Source: an uncultured Pseudomonadota bacterium
GTDB taxonomy: Bacteria; Myxococcota_A; Polyangia; Fen-1088
Direction: 5' to 3'
Assembly: GCA_963847705.1 (NCBI GenBank)
Contig: CAWKBC010000044.1
Coordinates: 1 to 64,000, forward strand
Length of the DNA stretch: 64,000 nt
The notes beneath the pieces are model-generated. The model did not search any database. It saw nothing but the letters and a program-made list of their open reading frames with translations, and was not told the DNA's origin. Below are positions 8,843 through 19,832 of this stretch, one piece after another. Each line of letters opens with the position of its first letter. Positions within the stretch are counted from its first letter, which is position 1. A program made the translations under genes and the position numbers.

Positions 8843-9500
8843 ATCCGACTCCCCGCAGAGTCTGAATGAGCTTGGCGGGAAAATCGCGATCGATCTTGTT
8901 GCGCAGCCGGCAGACCAGGACGTCGACGACGTTCGTCTGCGGATCGAACGAGTAGTCCCACAGCCGCTGCAGGATCATGGTCTTGCTGAGCACACGCTCC
9001 GGATTGCGCAGGAAGTACTCGAGAAGCGCCAGCTCTTTGGCCTGCAGCGAGAGGGAGGTGCCGTCGCGGGTGACCTGCCGGGTGAGGAGATCCAGGGTGA
9101 CACCGGCATAGGAAAGGCGCGTCTCGCCCGAGTTGGCAGCGGTCGCCCGGCGGGCCAGCGCGTTCAGACGGGCCACCAGCTCGGCGAACGAGAATGGCTT
9201 GGTCAAATAGTCGTCAGCCCCCGCTTCGAGCCCTTCCACGCGGTCAGCCACCGCGTCGCGCGCCGAGAGGATGATGATGGGAGTGGTGATTCGCTCACCG
9301 CGGACGGCCCGAATCAACTCCAGTCCGCTCAGTCCTGGAAGCATGATGTCCACGATCGCCACGTCATAGGCGGCGCTTTTCACGACCGCGGCGGCCTCCC
9401 GGCCATCGCGGACCCAGTCGACGGCGTGCCCTTCTTGCCGGAGCCCCTTTTCGACGAAGGCACCGATCTTTTGATCATCCTCGACCAGGAGCAGCCGCAT
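8823..9500 (-). CDS. OmpR/CusR-family response regulator
   Basis: LLVEDD, DIMLPG, GADDYLTKPF, winged-helix end IQTLRGVGY. Confidence 0.95.
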   Translation of the reverse strand: MRLLLVEDDQKIGAFVEKGLRQEGHAVDWVRDGREAAAVVKSAAYDVAIVDIMLPGLSGLELIRAVRGERITTPIIILSARDAVADRVEGLEAGADDYLTKPFSFAELVARLNALARRATAANSGETRLSYAGVTLDLLTRQVTRDGTSLSLQAKELALLEYFLRNPERVLSKTMILQRLWDYSFDPQTNVVDVLVCRLRNKIDRDFPAKLIQTLRGVGYVLRKK

Positions 9501-9530
9501 GCCAGATCACAGCAAGTGTACTGGCGCGAT

Positions 9531-10280
9531 TCAAGAGTGCTTCCCGTTCGCCGGCAAAATGATCTCCACGCCTCCTTTCGGCACCCAGCCGCGACCCTCC
9601 GGGGCAGCGATGAGCGCGTAGTTGTCGTGGGTCCGTTCGACGGTGACGATCGCGCCCTCGGGCGCCAGGAAGGTCGGTTCTGCCCCCGCGAATGGCGCGA
9701 TCCGCGCGAGGGTGTCCGGTGCGACCACGACCGCCCGATCGGGTGGGGGCGTCACCTGGGCCGCGCTCAGAAGACCGACGCTCGCCATTCCGACGCCCCC
9801 GAGGGCCAATATCAGGGAGCCAAGGCGCCGAATGAACCCCCAAGAAAACGCGATCAGGCCGGCAGCCGCCAGGACGAGCCCGGCCATTCCGATCCAACCC
9901 CATTCATTGGCGTCGAGCCGGCCCACGATCCGGGACGCCACGGAGGCGTCGGTCGGCGGAAGACCGGCGACCGACCGAGCTCGAGCCAGACCGGCCATGA
10001 CGGTCGGGGCGCGCGGCGCCAACAGGCGCGCCCGCTCGTATTGCACGATGGCGGGCCCGGGGCGTCCTGCGGCGAGCTCGGCCTCCGCCGTCGCGACCAG
10101 GGATCTGACCGAGACACCCTGCGCCGGCGGCTCTGCTGGCTTCGGTTTTTGCAGGCTGGCCTGCGCGACGGCCTGTGGAGGGGCTTCGCCGGCGCGAGCG
10201 ACCTCCCCTCCGAGCAGCATCAGGAGGGCGGCGAAGGCAACCGTTCCCAGCGGGAAGGACCTCGAGGATTCGTTGCTCAT
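9531..10280 (-). CDS. BatE-like TPR/SH3 membrane protein
   Basis: Signal peptide, TPR-like AIVQYERARLLAP, two TM helices, SH3-like GRGWVP end. Last gene of the Bat operon. Confidence 0.75.
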   Translation of the reverse strand: MSNESSRSFPLGTVAFAALLMLLGGEVARAGEAPPQAVAQASLQKPKPAEPPAQGVSVRSLVATAEAELAAGRPGPAIVQYERARLLAPRAPTVMAGLARARSVAGLPPTDASVASRIVGRLDANEWGWIGMAGLVLAAAGLIAFSWGFIRRLGSLILALGGVGMASVGLLSAAQVTPPPDRAVVVAPDTLARIAPFAGAEPTFLAPEGAIVTVERTHDNYALIAAPEGRGWVPKGGVEIILPANGKHS

Positions 10281-11953
10281 GTTGTTGTCTCCAGAGCGCG
10301 CAGCTCATCGGTCACCAGGCCCTGCCAGTAATCGAGATCCTCGCTGGCGGCCGCGTTGCCGCCGGCATAGGTCGATCGATCGGCCCGTTCGAACACCTCG
10401 TGAATCCGCTCGCCCGGTGGTCCCAGGCGCGTGGCCACGTCGGCGGCGGCGATGGCGTCGGAAGGAATTCCCCAGCTGGCGCCCAAGCGCACCTGAAACG
10501 CCTTGCGGGCGGCCGCGAACAGTGAGGCGGCGTCGCCGCTGGCGGCCGCGACCTCGATGGTGCGGCGCTGTCGGGCGATCTCTCGGCGGACCCGACCGGC
10601 TGTCACGAGACGGCCCAAGGCTCCGTCACGATACGTTCGGCCGAGAGATGCCAGAGCGAGCGTGACGAGGCCGATCGCGGCCACCAGCCCGCGGTACCAT
10701 CGGGTGCGAAAGTTCGGCGTCAACGTGGCCCGCACGACGTCGGGCACCGAGGCGGTCTTCGCATCCGGCGACGCGGCGTCAATGGCGGCGGCGGGCCCGG
10801 CGGGCGCTGGCTCTCCCGTCGATGGAGCTGTCGACGAAGCCGCGGTGAGATCACCGACGCTTGCAGCGACCGTGATGTGCATGGGCGCCGTCTGACGGGT
10901 CACGTACCTTCGCTCGTGCGGATCGAGATAGGTGAACTTCAAGCCGGGAATCGTCAGGTTCCCCGCCCGGCGCGGCGCGATGGTTTGTGAAAACACCTTC
11001 TCACCTGCCGTCGGCGCCGCCCCTGGCGTGAAGGTCGACGTCACGCCATAGGTGTTTAGCTCGTCGCTCGGCGAAAGGCCGCCGAGGGACAACCGAGAGA
11101 AGCTTCCGCGCCCGCGTACGCTCACCTCGAGCGTGGTCGGCTCACCGGCTCGGAAGCTGCCGTCGGCCAGCGCGGCTTTGACGTCGAAGGTCCCGACGGC
11201 GCCCGTGAACTCCGCCGGCGCTCCCGCCGGGGGGTCGAGGAGCCGCAACGTCCCGCTCTGGTCTCGCAGCGTGACCTCGCGTTGCCGAACGCTCCCGGCG
11301 ACGTCGTCGAGCATCCCCTGAAAGGGATCGCGGCCGTGAAACATCTGAGCGAACAGCGGATCGTTGGCGAAGGGGGTCTGTTTCAAGATCGAGGCGAACG
11401 GATCGGCCGAGCTCTCCTCGTCGCCTTGCGTGCTTCGCTCGTCGCCTTGCTCGTCGCCTTGATCGTCCGCCGGGTCCGCGCTGGCGGTGCGGCGCGGCTG
11501 AGGCGCTTCGCGGTAGGTCAACGAGACGGGCAGCTCGATCCCGATCCTTGATTCGCCCGCCTTGACCGCCGTCAGGACGCCCGTCCAGGTGAGGGACGTG
11601 TACGGCAACCCGTGGGTTTGGATCTGGGTTTGACGCGGCTTTTCGGGCAGGTCGGAAAGCACGAAGGCGTCCGAGGTGACCCGGGGGAGCCCGTTCAGCG
11701 ACACCCCCGTGCCCCCCAGAAAATAGGCACGGATGGTCACCGGAATTGCCTGGCCCACGTAAAGGCCATGCCCGCCCGGATCGGACCGAACGTCCAGCTT
11801 GACGAAGGCCCGGGAGGGATCCCGGGTGCCACCGTTCGCGGCGACTGAGGCCGCGGACGTCATCGGATGGGCCCAGGCCCGAGCCGCGCCGGTCAGGACC
11901 AGCACGCCCGCCAAAGCAATCGAGATACGTCGGACGTTTGTCATGATGTTCAC
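10277..11953 (-). CDS. batD: BatD-family protein
   Basis: Signal peptide, LYVGQ, FTGAVGTF, GEPTTLEVSVRGRG, C-terminal TM; operon context. Confidence 0.8.
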   Translation of the reverse strand: MNIMTNVRRISIALAGVLVLTGAARAWAHPMTSAASVAANGGTRDPSRAFVKLDVRSDPGGHGLYVGQAIPVTIRAYFLGGTGVSLNGLPRVTSDAFVLSDLPEKPRQTQIQTHGLPYTSLTWTGVLTAVKAGESRIGIELPVSLTYREAPQPRRTASADPADDQGDEQGDERSTQGDEESSADPFASILKQTPFANDPLFAQMFHGRDPFQGMLDDVAGSVRQREVTLRDQSGTLRLLDPPAGAPAEFTGAVGTFDVKAALADGSFRAGEPTTLEVSVRGRGSFSRLSLGGLSPSDELNTYGVTSTFTPGAAPTAGEKVFSQTIAPRRAGNLTIPGLKFTYLDPHERRYVTRQTAPMHITVAASVGDLTAASSTAPSTGEPAPAGPAAAIDAASPDAKTASVPDVVRATLTPNFRTRWYRGLVAAIGLVTLALASLGRTYRDGALGRLVTAGRVRREIARQRRTIEVAAASGDAASLFAAARKAFQVRLGASWGIPSDAIAAADVATRLGPPGERIHEVFERADRSTYAGGNAAASEDLDYWQGLVTDELRALETTT

Positions 11954-14169
11954 CAGTCCTTGAGGGGGGGCTCGTCGCTGTTGGAGGATTGCCGGCGACG
12001 GGCGTCGGCAACCGGCAAACGGTGGAGCTCGCCCGACACGGAATCGAGCAACTGGGCTGCCTCGCTCGGGGTCAGCGCGCCCGGATCGCGCCGGGCGCCC
12101 GCCGCCGGCTGATCTTTGCCGCCCGGTTGGCCCGGTTGCCCCGAGACGACCCCAGGGCCTTTGGGCGTTGCCTTCTGGTCCTGGTCGGCCTGCTCCCCGT
12201 TGGCCTGCGACGCCGGAGGGGGGCCCTGGTGCGCTGCGCTCTTTTGCTCACCCTGCCCGTTCGATTGTTCCGCAGAGCCCTGGTTCGAACCGTCTTTCTT
12301 CCCGTCTTCCTTCGGCTCGCCGCTTTCCGGCTCGCCGTTTTCTGCGGTCTTCTGGCCGCCCTGTTCCTGTGGGCCAGTCTGGTTCCGGGCCTCATCGGGT
12401 TTCGCTTGGCTTCCTTGGTTCTGGCCCCCGGTCTGGGCCTGTCCGTGACCCGCCTGCGGGGCCGACGGCGGCTTTCCGCCCGATCCCCGCGCGGAGGGCG
12501 AGCCTTGACCTTGCTGGGGCTGACCATTCCCGCTCTGCGGTGAGCTCTGACCTTTCCCCTGCTGTCCCTGGCCCGACGATGCTTGCGGCTGCTTTCCGGA
12601 GCCCTGCTTCTGGTCCTTCTGGTCTTTTTGACCTTGCTGGTTCTTCTGCTGCTGGTCCTGTCGTTCCTGTTCTTCCAGCGCGGCCAGACGTCGCGCCACC
12701 AGATCCCGGTTGAATCGCGCGTCGGCGTCCTTCGGTTGCAACGCCAGCGCCCCGTCGTAGGAGGCGACCGCGCCTTTCCAGGCCTCGATCGTCGCCGGCC
12801 GATCCTTCGCCAGGGACGCCTGCCCCAACCGATAGCGCGTGTTGCCGAGATCGTAATACGCGTCCTCCTGCATCGAGAGATCCGTCGTGTGCGTGGCCCC
12901 CTGGAACCGATCGCGGGCGGCTGCGAAGTCTTTCTGGCGGTAGGCGGCGGTTCCCTCGTTGTAGGTCGAGGCTGCCGTCGGCGTTCCCGCCGAGCGTGGC
13001 GCTCGCTCGGTGGCGGCCGCCGCCGGACGCGAGGCCCCAGCCGTCAGAAGGATGAGCGCCGCCGCCGCAGCCCCCTTGGTGACCGATCCCAACGCTCGCC
13101 CCGCTCGGGCGTCGCCCGGGATCGATCGTTCGGGCGCGCCGTTCTGCGGCGTGCCGCTGCCTCGGCCCGCGCCGCGCCACCGGCGCTCCCCGAGCGCCAG
13201 CTCCAGCAGCAGGCAGGCGATCGCCACCCCGAGCGGGATCTGAAAGCGCTCGGTATAGACCTTGTGCATCCGCTCCTCGACGGTGCGGCGGGGGAGCTGG
13301 GCCAGGTGCTGGCGGTAGAGCGTCTCCAGGCCTTCTCCGGCCGATCCCAGCGGGGCGTAGGCGCCACCCGTGATCGCGGCAAGCTGTCGCAACGTCTGCT
13401 CGTCGAGGTGCGAGGTCACGAAGTGGCCGTCGGCGTCGCGCAGGAGCGTCCGCTGGCCGTCGTGCTCGACGGGGATGAGATCCCCGGATCTGGTGCCGAC
13501 CCCGACCGTGTAGATGACCAGGCCTGCGTGCGCCGCCTCCTTGGCGGCCGCCAGCGCCTCGCCTTGAAGATCCTCGCCGTCGCTCAGGATCACCAGCAGC
13601 TTCCGCCGGTCGGGCTCGCTGGCCATGGCCTGGACGGCGGCGCGGATGGGGGTCGCGATGTCGGTGCCGCCGCGGGGAATGATGCTGGTGTCGAGCGCGT
13701 CCAGCGCCTCTCCGAACACGGCGTGATCGATCGTCATGGGCGCCTGCACATAGGCTTCGCCGGCGAAGGCGATGAGGCCGACCCGCTCTCCGGGAAACTT
13801 GCGCAACAGATCGCTCACCGCCAGCTTGGCGCGCGTGAGGCGATCGGGGCGCAGGTCAGTGGCCAGCATGCTCTTCGAGGTGTCGACCGCGAACATCAGA
13901 TCGATCCCGTCGCGGCGCTCCTCCTCCCAGCGAAACCCTGCCAGGGGCCGGGCCAGCGCCACGAACGTGGCCGCGATGCCCGTCAGAACCAGAACCTGTT
14001 TGGCCAGACGCCGCCCGCGGCTGAGGGTGGAGAGGGACCGGCTTCCCGCCAGCGCGGCCACGGCCTGCCGCCGCAAGCGCCCGGCCCGGGCGAGCAGGAC
14101 CACCGCGACCGCGCAAGAGAGCGCGCCGATCCAGAGCCAGTGCGGCTGAGCGAATTGAAGGTGTGTCAT
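11950..14169 (-). CDS. BatB-BatC fusion (VWA + TPR + Q/G-rich linker)
   Basis: MIDAS DTSKSM, LSDGED, TPR YNEG...YYDLGN, long Q/G/S low-complexity segment, C-terminal KDW. Confidence 0.85.
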   Translation of the reverse strand: MTHLQFAQPHWLWIGALSCAVAVVLLARAGRLRRQAVAALAGSRSLSTLSRGRRLAKQVLVLTGIAATFVALARPLAGFRWEEERRDGIDLMFAVDTSKSMLATDLRPDRLTRAKLAVSDLLRKFPGERVGLIAFAGEAYVQAPMTIDHAVFGEALDALDTSIIPRGGTDIATPIRAAVQAMASEPDRRKLLVILSDGEDLQGEALAAAKEAAHAGLVIYTVGVGTRSGDLIPVEHDGQRTLLRDADGHFVTSHLDEQTLRQLAAITGGAYAPLGSAGEGLETLYRQHLAQLPRRTVEERMHKVYTERFQIPLGVAIACLLLELALGERRWRGAGRGSGTPQNGAPERSIPGDARAGRALGSVTKGAAAAALILLTAGASRPAAAATERAPRSAGTPTAASTYNEGTAAYRQKDFAAARDRFQGATHTTDLSMQEDAYYDLGNTRYRLGQASLAKDRPATIEAWKGAVASYDGALALQPKDADARFNRDLVARRLAALEEQERQDQQQKNQQGQKDQKDQKQGSGKQPQASSGQGQQGKGQSSPQSGNGQPQQGQGSPSARGSGGKPPSAPQAGHGQAQTGGQNQGSQAKPDEARNQTGPQEQGGQKTAENGEPESGEPKEDGKKDGSNQGSAEQSNGQGEQKSAAHQGPPPASQANGEQADQDQKATPKGPGVVSGQPGQPGGKDQPAAGARRDPGALTPSEAAQLLDSVSGELHRLPVADARRRQSSNSDEPPLKDW

Positions 14170-14190
14170 CGTGTTTGGACTTTCTGGTCC

Positions 14191-15189
14191 TCAGGGGACG
14201 CGGCGGAGGGCGGTGGCGCCGAGGCCCACCTCGGCGAGAAGCAGCGCGACGGCCGGGAACGCTGCCCAGGGAAAGCGCTCCTCGTGCCGCTCGAACCTGT
14301 TCATGGTGCGCACCGTCTTCTCCAGGCTGTCGATGCGCGCGTAGATCGACGTCAGCGACTCGGTGTCGGTGGCGCGAAAGAAGGCTCCCCCGGTGGCGTC
14401 GGCGATTCCACGCAGGGTTTGCTCGTCCACCTCCACCTCGCCCATGACGATCCGCTTGCGGCCGACGTCGTCGACGACGGGAATGGGCGCGCGCCCCTCC
14501 GCGCCGACCGCGATGGTGTAGACCTTGATCCCCAGCGCCGCGGCCGCCTTGGCCGCCAGCGCCGGTTGCACGCTCCCGGCGTTGTTCATGCCGTCGGTCA
14601 GCAACACGACGATCTTCGACTTGGCGTCGCTCTGGCGCAGCCGATTGACCGAAGCGGCCAGCGCAGAGCCGATCGCCGTGCCATCCTCGCCCGTGCCGAC
14701 AGTGACCCGCGAGAGGCTCTTCTCCAGCCAGTCGTGATCGAGCGTGAGCGGGCTGACCAGGAACGGCTGGCCAGCGAAGGCGATGATGCCGATCCGATCG
14801 TTCGGACGGGCGGCGATGAACTTGGAGACGACCGACCGCACCACCGTCAATCGGTCGGCCCGCTGACCGTCCAGCCGGAGGTCCAGCGCCTGCATCGACC
14901 CGGACACGTCCAAGGCCAGCATCATGTCCACGCCGCTCGCTTCGATCTTGTTCTTCGAGTGCGTGATCTGGGGTCTGGCCAACGCCACGATCATGAGGGC
15001 GGCCGCCGGCAACCGCAGGTACGGCAACAGCTGGCCCAGCCGCGCCCTGGTGGTCCGCGCCACGGCCCCGGCGGTGGCGACGCTGGCGTAGCGAACCGCG
15101 GCCCGCGGCCCCCTTCGCGAACGCAGAAACGCGATGGCCGGCAGGGCCAGCAAGAGCCAGAGGAGAGCGGGATGGGCGAACGTGATCAT
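14191..15189 (-). CDS. batA: BatA VWA-domain protein
   Basis: N-terminal FAHPALLWLL, ALARPQ, DVSGSM, LLTDG, VYTIAVG. Confidence 0.88.
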   Translation of the reverse strand: MITFAHPALLWLLLALPAIAFLRSRRGPRAAVRYASVATAGAVARTTRARLGQLLPYLRLPAAALMIVALARPQITHSKNKIEASGVDMMLALDVSGSMQALDLRLDGQRADRLTVVRSVVSKFIAARPNDRIGIIAFAGQPFLVSPLTLDHDWLEKSLSRVTVGTGEDGTAIGSALAASVNRLRQSDAKSKIVVLLTDGMNNAGSVQPALAAKAAAALGIKVYTIAVGAEGRAPIPVVDDVGRKRIVMGEVEVDEQTLRGIADATGGAFFRATDTESLTSIYARIDSLEKTVRTMNRFERHEERFPWAAFPAVALLLAEVGLGATALRRVP

Positions 15190-15893
15190 GCGATTCCCTC
15201 GCCGCGAATCGCGGCTGTGCGGACCTGCTCCGGAGATGGCGGCGTTGCCGTGGCGCGAACGAAGGTCTCGGCGCTGACCAACATCGCCGTCCTGTCGGTG
15301 GGCGAGAGCGACCAGCCGGCAAACTTGGCCAGGTCGCAGTAACGCAAGAATTCACCCAGCGCGGTGCGCTGGAGCGAGACAGGACTCCGATCCAGCATGA
15401 GATCGGCCAGGAGCTCCTCGGTCGTTCGGTGGGAGGCACGGACCTGAAACGCCTCTTCGACGTACTCGCGGACGATCTCCGAGATGGCGAACGAGAACCG
15501 TCGCGGATCGCCTTCGAACATCGTTCCCGCCTCTTCCAGGGCGCGCAGCGCCCGCTGGTGCGGCGGCGCGATCGGTTTGCGGCGCGAATGAAGGACGAGC
15601 GCCACGAGCAGGCCGACGGCGAGGGCCGCCCCGCCGGCGTACCACCAGGGCGAGCGCCTTCCCGGGATGGCGAGCGGACCGTGAATGTCGCGAATGTCCT
15701 GCCCCGAATCGGCGTTGATCGCGCTCGGGGAATTTCCCCTGGGCACGCCGGCCAGCGAGCCGGCCGGCCGGGCCAGCACGGCTGTCGGGACGGGAACCGC
15801 GGCGTCGGCAGTCGAGAGCCCCACGCCGGTCAGGGCCGAGCCCACGACCAGGAAGACGCCCAGCCCGAGCGAGGTCAGTCCGCGGCGGCTCAC
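15186..15893 (-). CDS. DUF4381-like membrane protein of MoxR/Bat operons
   Basis: DIRDIHGP followed by a TM, plus TTEELL and DLAKFA motifs; operon context. Confidence 0.7.
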   Translation of the reverse strand: MSRRGLTSLGLGVFLVVGSALTGVGLSTADAAVPVPTAVLARPAGSLAGVPRGNSPSAINADSGQDIRDIHGPLAIPGRRSPWWYAGGAALAVGLLVALVLHSRRKPIAPPHQRALRALEEAGTMFEGDPRRFSFAISEIVREYVEEAFQVRASHRTTEELLADLMLDRSPVSLQRTALGEFLRYCDLAKFAGWSLSPTDRTAMLVSAETFVRATATPPSPEQVRTAAIRGEGIA

Positions 15894-16831
15894 GCGATCC
15901 TCCTTTCGCGCGATTCAAAGAAGGCAAGCAGCTCCGGCAGATACGGCCGGGCGGTGTCGAGGGGCAGGGTCTCGATGCGCAGGCGCCGCAAGGTCCGTCG
16001 CATCTCGGCGTCGCGCTTGGCGGCCAGCGCCGCGAATCGCTCGCGCACCCCTCGCCGTCCGGTGTCCAGCGTGACGACGGCGCCGCTCTCGGCGTCTTCC
16101 ACGGTCACCAGACCCAAATTCGGCAGGGTGCGCTCGCGCGGATCGCGCACTTCGAAGGCGACGACGTCGTGACGGGCGCCGACCGGACGGGCGGCACGCT
16201 CCAAAGCGGCCAGGGCCGCGCCCCGGTCATCGGGCAGCTCGAAGTCGGAGATCAAAAACACCACCGAGCGCCGGAGGGCCCGCTGACGGACGACATCCAA
16301 CGCCGCGGCGATGTCGGTCCCACGGCCGGTCGGCTTGCAGGTCAGGATCTCGCGCACGACGCGCAGGACGTGGGCGCGGCCCTTGGCGGGCGGCACCTGC
16401 GCCTCGATGCGGTCGCTGAACATGAGCAGGCCCACCTTGTCGTTGTTCCGCACCGCGGAAAGCGCCAGCACGCAGGCCAGCTCCGCCGCCAGCTCCCGTT
16501 TGGTGGTGGAGCCCGATCCGAAGTCGCCGGACGCGGAGACGTCGACCAGGATCCAGACCACCAGCTCGCGCTCCTCGTGGAACTGCTTGACGAACGGGCG
16601 GCCGGCGCGCGCCGTGACGTTCCAGTCGATCGTTCGGACTTCGTCGCCGGCCACGTATTCGCGGACGCTGTCGAAGTCGATCCCGCGTCCGCGGAACACC
16701 GAGTGGTAGTGACCGGCCAGGCTCTCGTCGACCAGGCGGCGCGTCCGAATCTCGATCTGTCGAACCTTCTCCATCACCGACCGGATGCGGTCGGCCTGGG
16801 ACGGTTCGGATGATTTGCCGTGGGTGTTCAT
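15890..16831 (-). CDS. DUF58 family protein
   Basis: FRGRGIDFDSVREYVAGDEVRTIDWNVTAR, DVSASGDFG. Confidence 0.92.
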   Translation of the reverse strand: MNTHGKSSEPSQADRIRSVMEKVRQIEIRTRRLVDESLAGHYHSVFRGRGIDFDSVREYVAGDEVRTIDWNVTARAGRPFVKQFHEERELVVWILVDVSASGDFGSGSTTKRELAAELACVLALSAVRNNDKVGLLMFSDRIEAQVPPAKGRAHVLRVVREILTCKPTGRGTDIAAALDVVRQRALRRSVVFLISDFELPDDRGAALAALERAARPVGARHDVVAFEVRDPRERTLPNLGLVTVEDAESGAVVTLDTGRRGVRERFAALAAKRDAEMRRTLRRLRIETLPLDTARPYLPELLAFFESRERRIA

Positions 16832-16885
16832 CTGTTTTGGCTTTCTGCTGGGCGGACCTCTGGGTTCTCGACGGCGCCGCGGGGA

Positions 16886-17971
<1,086 letters not shown>

Positions 17972-18099
17972 GGGCTGGTTCTCCTCGGGATTGCTTACGG
18001 AGAACAGGATGCGCACCTCTGCCTTCAGAGACCTTTCCCCACCATGTCATCTTTGTAATGTTGGGCGTTCTTACCCACCGACCTGAATCTCGACGCTCT

Positions 18100-18361
18100 C
18101 GAGCTCATCGTGGTCCCCACGGATTTCTCCGGGGCGTCCGCGATCGCTCTGCGCGCCGCCGTACGGCTGGCCCAGGTGTTCGGCGTTCCCATCGAGGTGC
18201 TCCACACGGGCTCAGCCACCTGTTGCGCGGCAGCGTCGCAGAGAGTGGTCGAACACGCACCCTGCGCCGTTCTCGTGGTGCCCGTCACTCCCGAGGTGTT
18301 GACCGACCCGGGCCTCGCTCCCCTGGACAGGTGGCGTCCTGGCCCGACGGCCGTTGATTGA
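18100..18361 (+). pseudogene. Universal stress protein remnant with internal deletion and frameshifts
   Basis: IVVPTDFSGASAIALRAA...IEVLH is joined directly to GLSHLLRGSVA / RVVEHAPCAVLVVP in shifting frames; the middle of the domain is missing. Confidence 0.75.
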
Positions 18362-18645
18362 ATCGGGATGCGCGACCTGTCAACGCGCAGCCGCGTCCCT
18401 GAAGCGCGCAGAGGGAATTCGTCCCGAGGAGTGGGTCCGACGATTGCTTCTTGCGTTGGCTTCCGGAGGTCGCACATTCCGGACAACAGGGAACCCAGAT
18501 GACACCATCTCGAGCGACGGACAGATGCCTCTGCGCGATGGCACGCGGATGGTTTTCGATCCTGCTCGTAGCGAGTATGGACGCAGGCTACCTCCTGCGG
18601 CCCCGTTCGAGTCGTTGCCCGTTCGAGTCGTGAAGGAAGGATCAA

Positions 18646-19767
18646 TTGAAAGCGGTCGCCGTATTCCCAGCCGACAAAACTGTTCGCGTGATCGATCATC
18701 CGGAGACGCCCCTGCGGGGGGAGACCGAGGTTCGCCTGAAGGTGTTGGACATCGGGGTCTGCGGGACCGATCGAGAAATCGCGCACTTCGACTATGGGAC
18801 ACCTCCCCCCGGATCGCCCTACTTGGTCATCGGCCACGAGTCACTGGGCGAGGTCATCGAGGTCGGCTCCGGAGCGGACCGATTCCGTCCAGGCGATCTG
18901 GTCGTGACGATGGTCCGTCGACCTTGCGGTCTGCCAGAGTGCCCTGCGTGCGCTGTCGGTCGACCCGACTTTTGCGTGACCGGAAAGTTCACCGAAAGAG
19001 GAATCGGCGGTCGACATGGATTCATGACCGAACGGGTGGTGGACGATCAGCAATACATGATCGCGGTGCCTCCGATCTTGCGGGAGGTGGGCGTCCTGGT
19101 AGAACCGCTCACCATCGCCGAGAAGGCGTTGATCGAGGTCGGGGAGGTGCAGGACCGACTGCCGTGGCTACAACCCGGCGCGCCGGCGCCGAAGACCGCC
19201 GCGATTCCCCAGGCGGTGGTGCTGGGGGCGGGGCCGGTCGGCCTGCTGGGGGCCATGGCGCTTCTGCGGCGCGGATTCAAGACCTGGGTCTACTCGCTCG
19301 AGCCGGACGATAGCCCGAAGGCCCTCTGGGTGCGATCGGTCGGGGGCTTCTACCTCTCTTCCAAGGATGTTTCGACCGATGAACTGACCGAACACACCGG
19401 GAACATCGACCTCATCTATGAAGCAACGGGGGCCTCTCAGATCGCCTTCAAGGCGATGGAGATCCTGGGCGTGAACGGCGTCTTCATACTCACCGGCGTG
19501 CCCGGGCGCAAAGGCCCCATCGAGATCGACGCAGATCGAATCATGCGGAATCTCGTTCTCAAGAACCAGCTCGTCTATGGGACGGTGAATGCAGGGCGCG
19601 ACGCCTTCGAGGCAGCCGTCTCGGATTTGACGGAGTTTCACCGCAGGTGGCCGAAGCCGCTGGCTGCCTTGATCACCGGTCGCTACCCACCCGAAGCTTG
19701 TCGTGAGCTCTTGCTCGGTCCGCCCGATGGCATCAAGCGCGTGGTCACCTTCGCTCCCAGGAGTTGA
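18646..19767 (+). CDS. Zn-dependent (MDR) glucose 1-dehydrogenase-like protein, copy 1
   Basis: GVCGTD, GHESLG, CxxxxCxxC...C structural Zn site, EPLTIAEKA, GAGPVG, GTVNA. Confidence 0.88.
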   Translation: MKAVAVFPADKTVRVIDHPETPLRGETEVRLKVLDIGVCGTDREIAHFDYGTPPPGSPYLVIGHESLGEVIEVGSGADRFRPGDLVVTMVRRPCGLPECPACAVGRPDFCVTGKFTERGIGGRHGFMTERVVDDQQYMIAVPPILREVGVLVEPLTIAEKALIEVGEVQDRLPWLQPGAPAPKTAAIPQAVVLGAGPVGLLGAMALLRRGFKTWVYSLEPDDSPKALWVRSVGGFYLSSKDVSTDELTEHTGNIDLIYEATGASQIAFKAMEILGVNGVFILTGVPGRKGPIEIDADRIMRNLVLKNQLVYGTVNAGRDAFEAAVSDLTEFHRRWPKPLAALITGRYPPEACRELLLGPPDGIKRVVTFAPRS

Positions 19768-19832
19768 GTGCCCCATGACCGCCGAACGCCAGAAGACAGC
19801 TTGGTCCCGGGTGCCAGCCGTGGGGACCCACC

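Noticed and set aside
12100-12680. Repetitive Q/G/S-rich DNA
   Set aside because: Normal low-complexity linker of BatC-type proteins.
12583-15342. 919-aa plus-strand ORF and other long antisense ORFs (25538-28537, 48675-50981, 52212-54518, 60563-62638)
   Set aside because: They lie opposite or out of frame with well-supported genes, are Arg/Gly/Pro-rich with no motifs, and are typical high-GC shadow ORFs.
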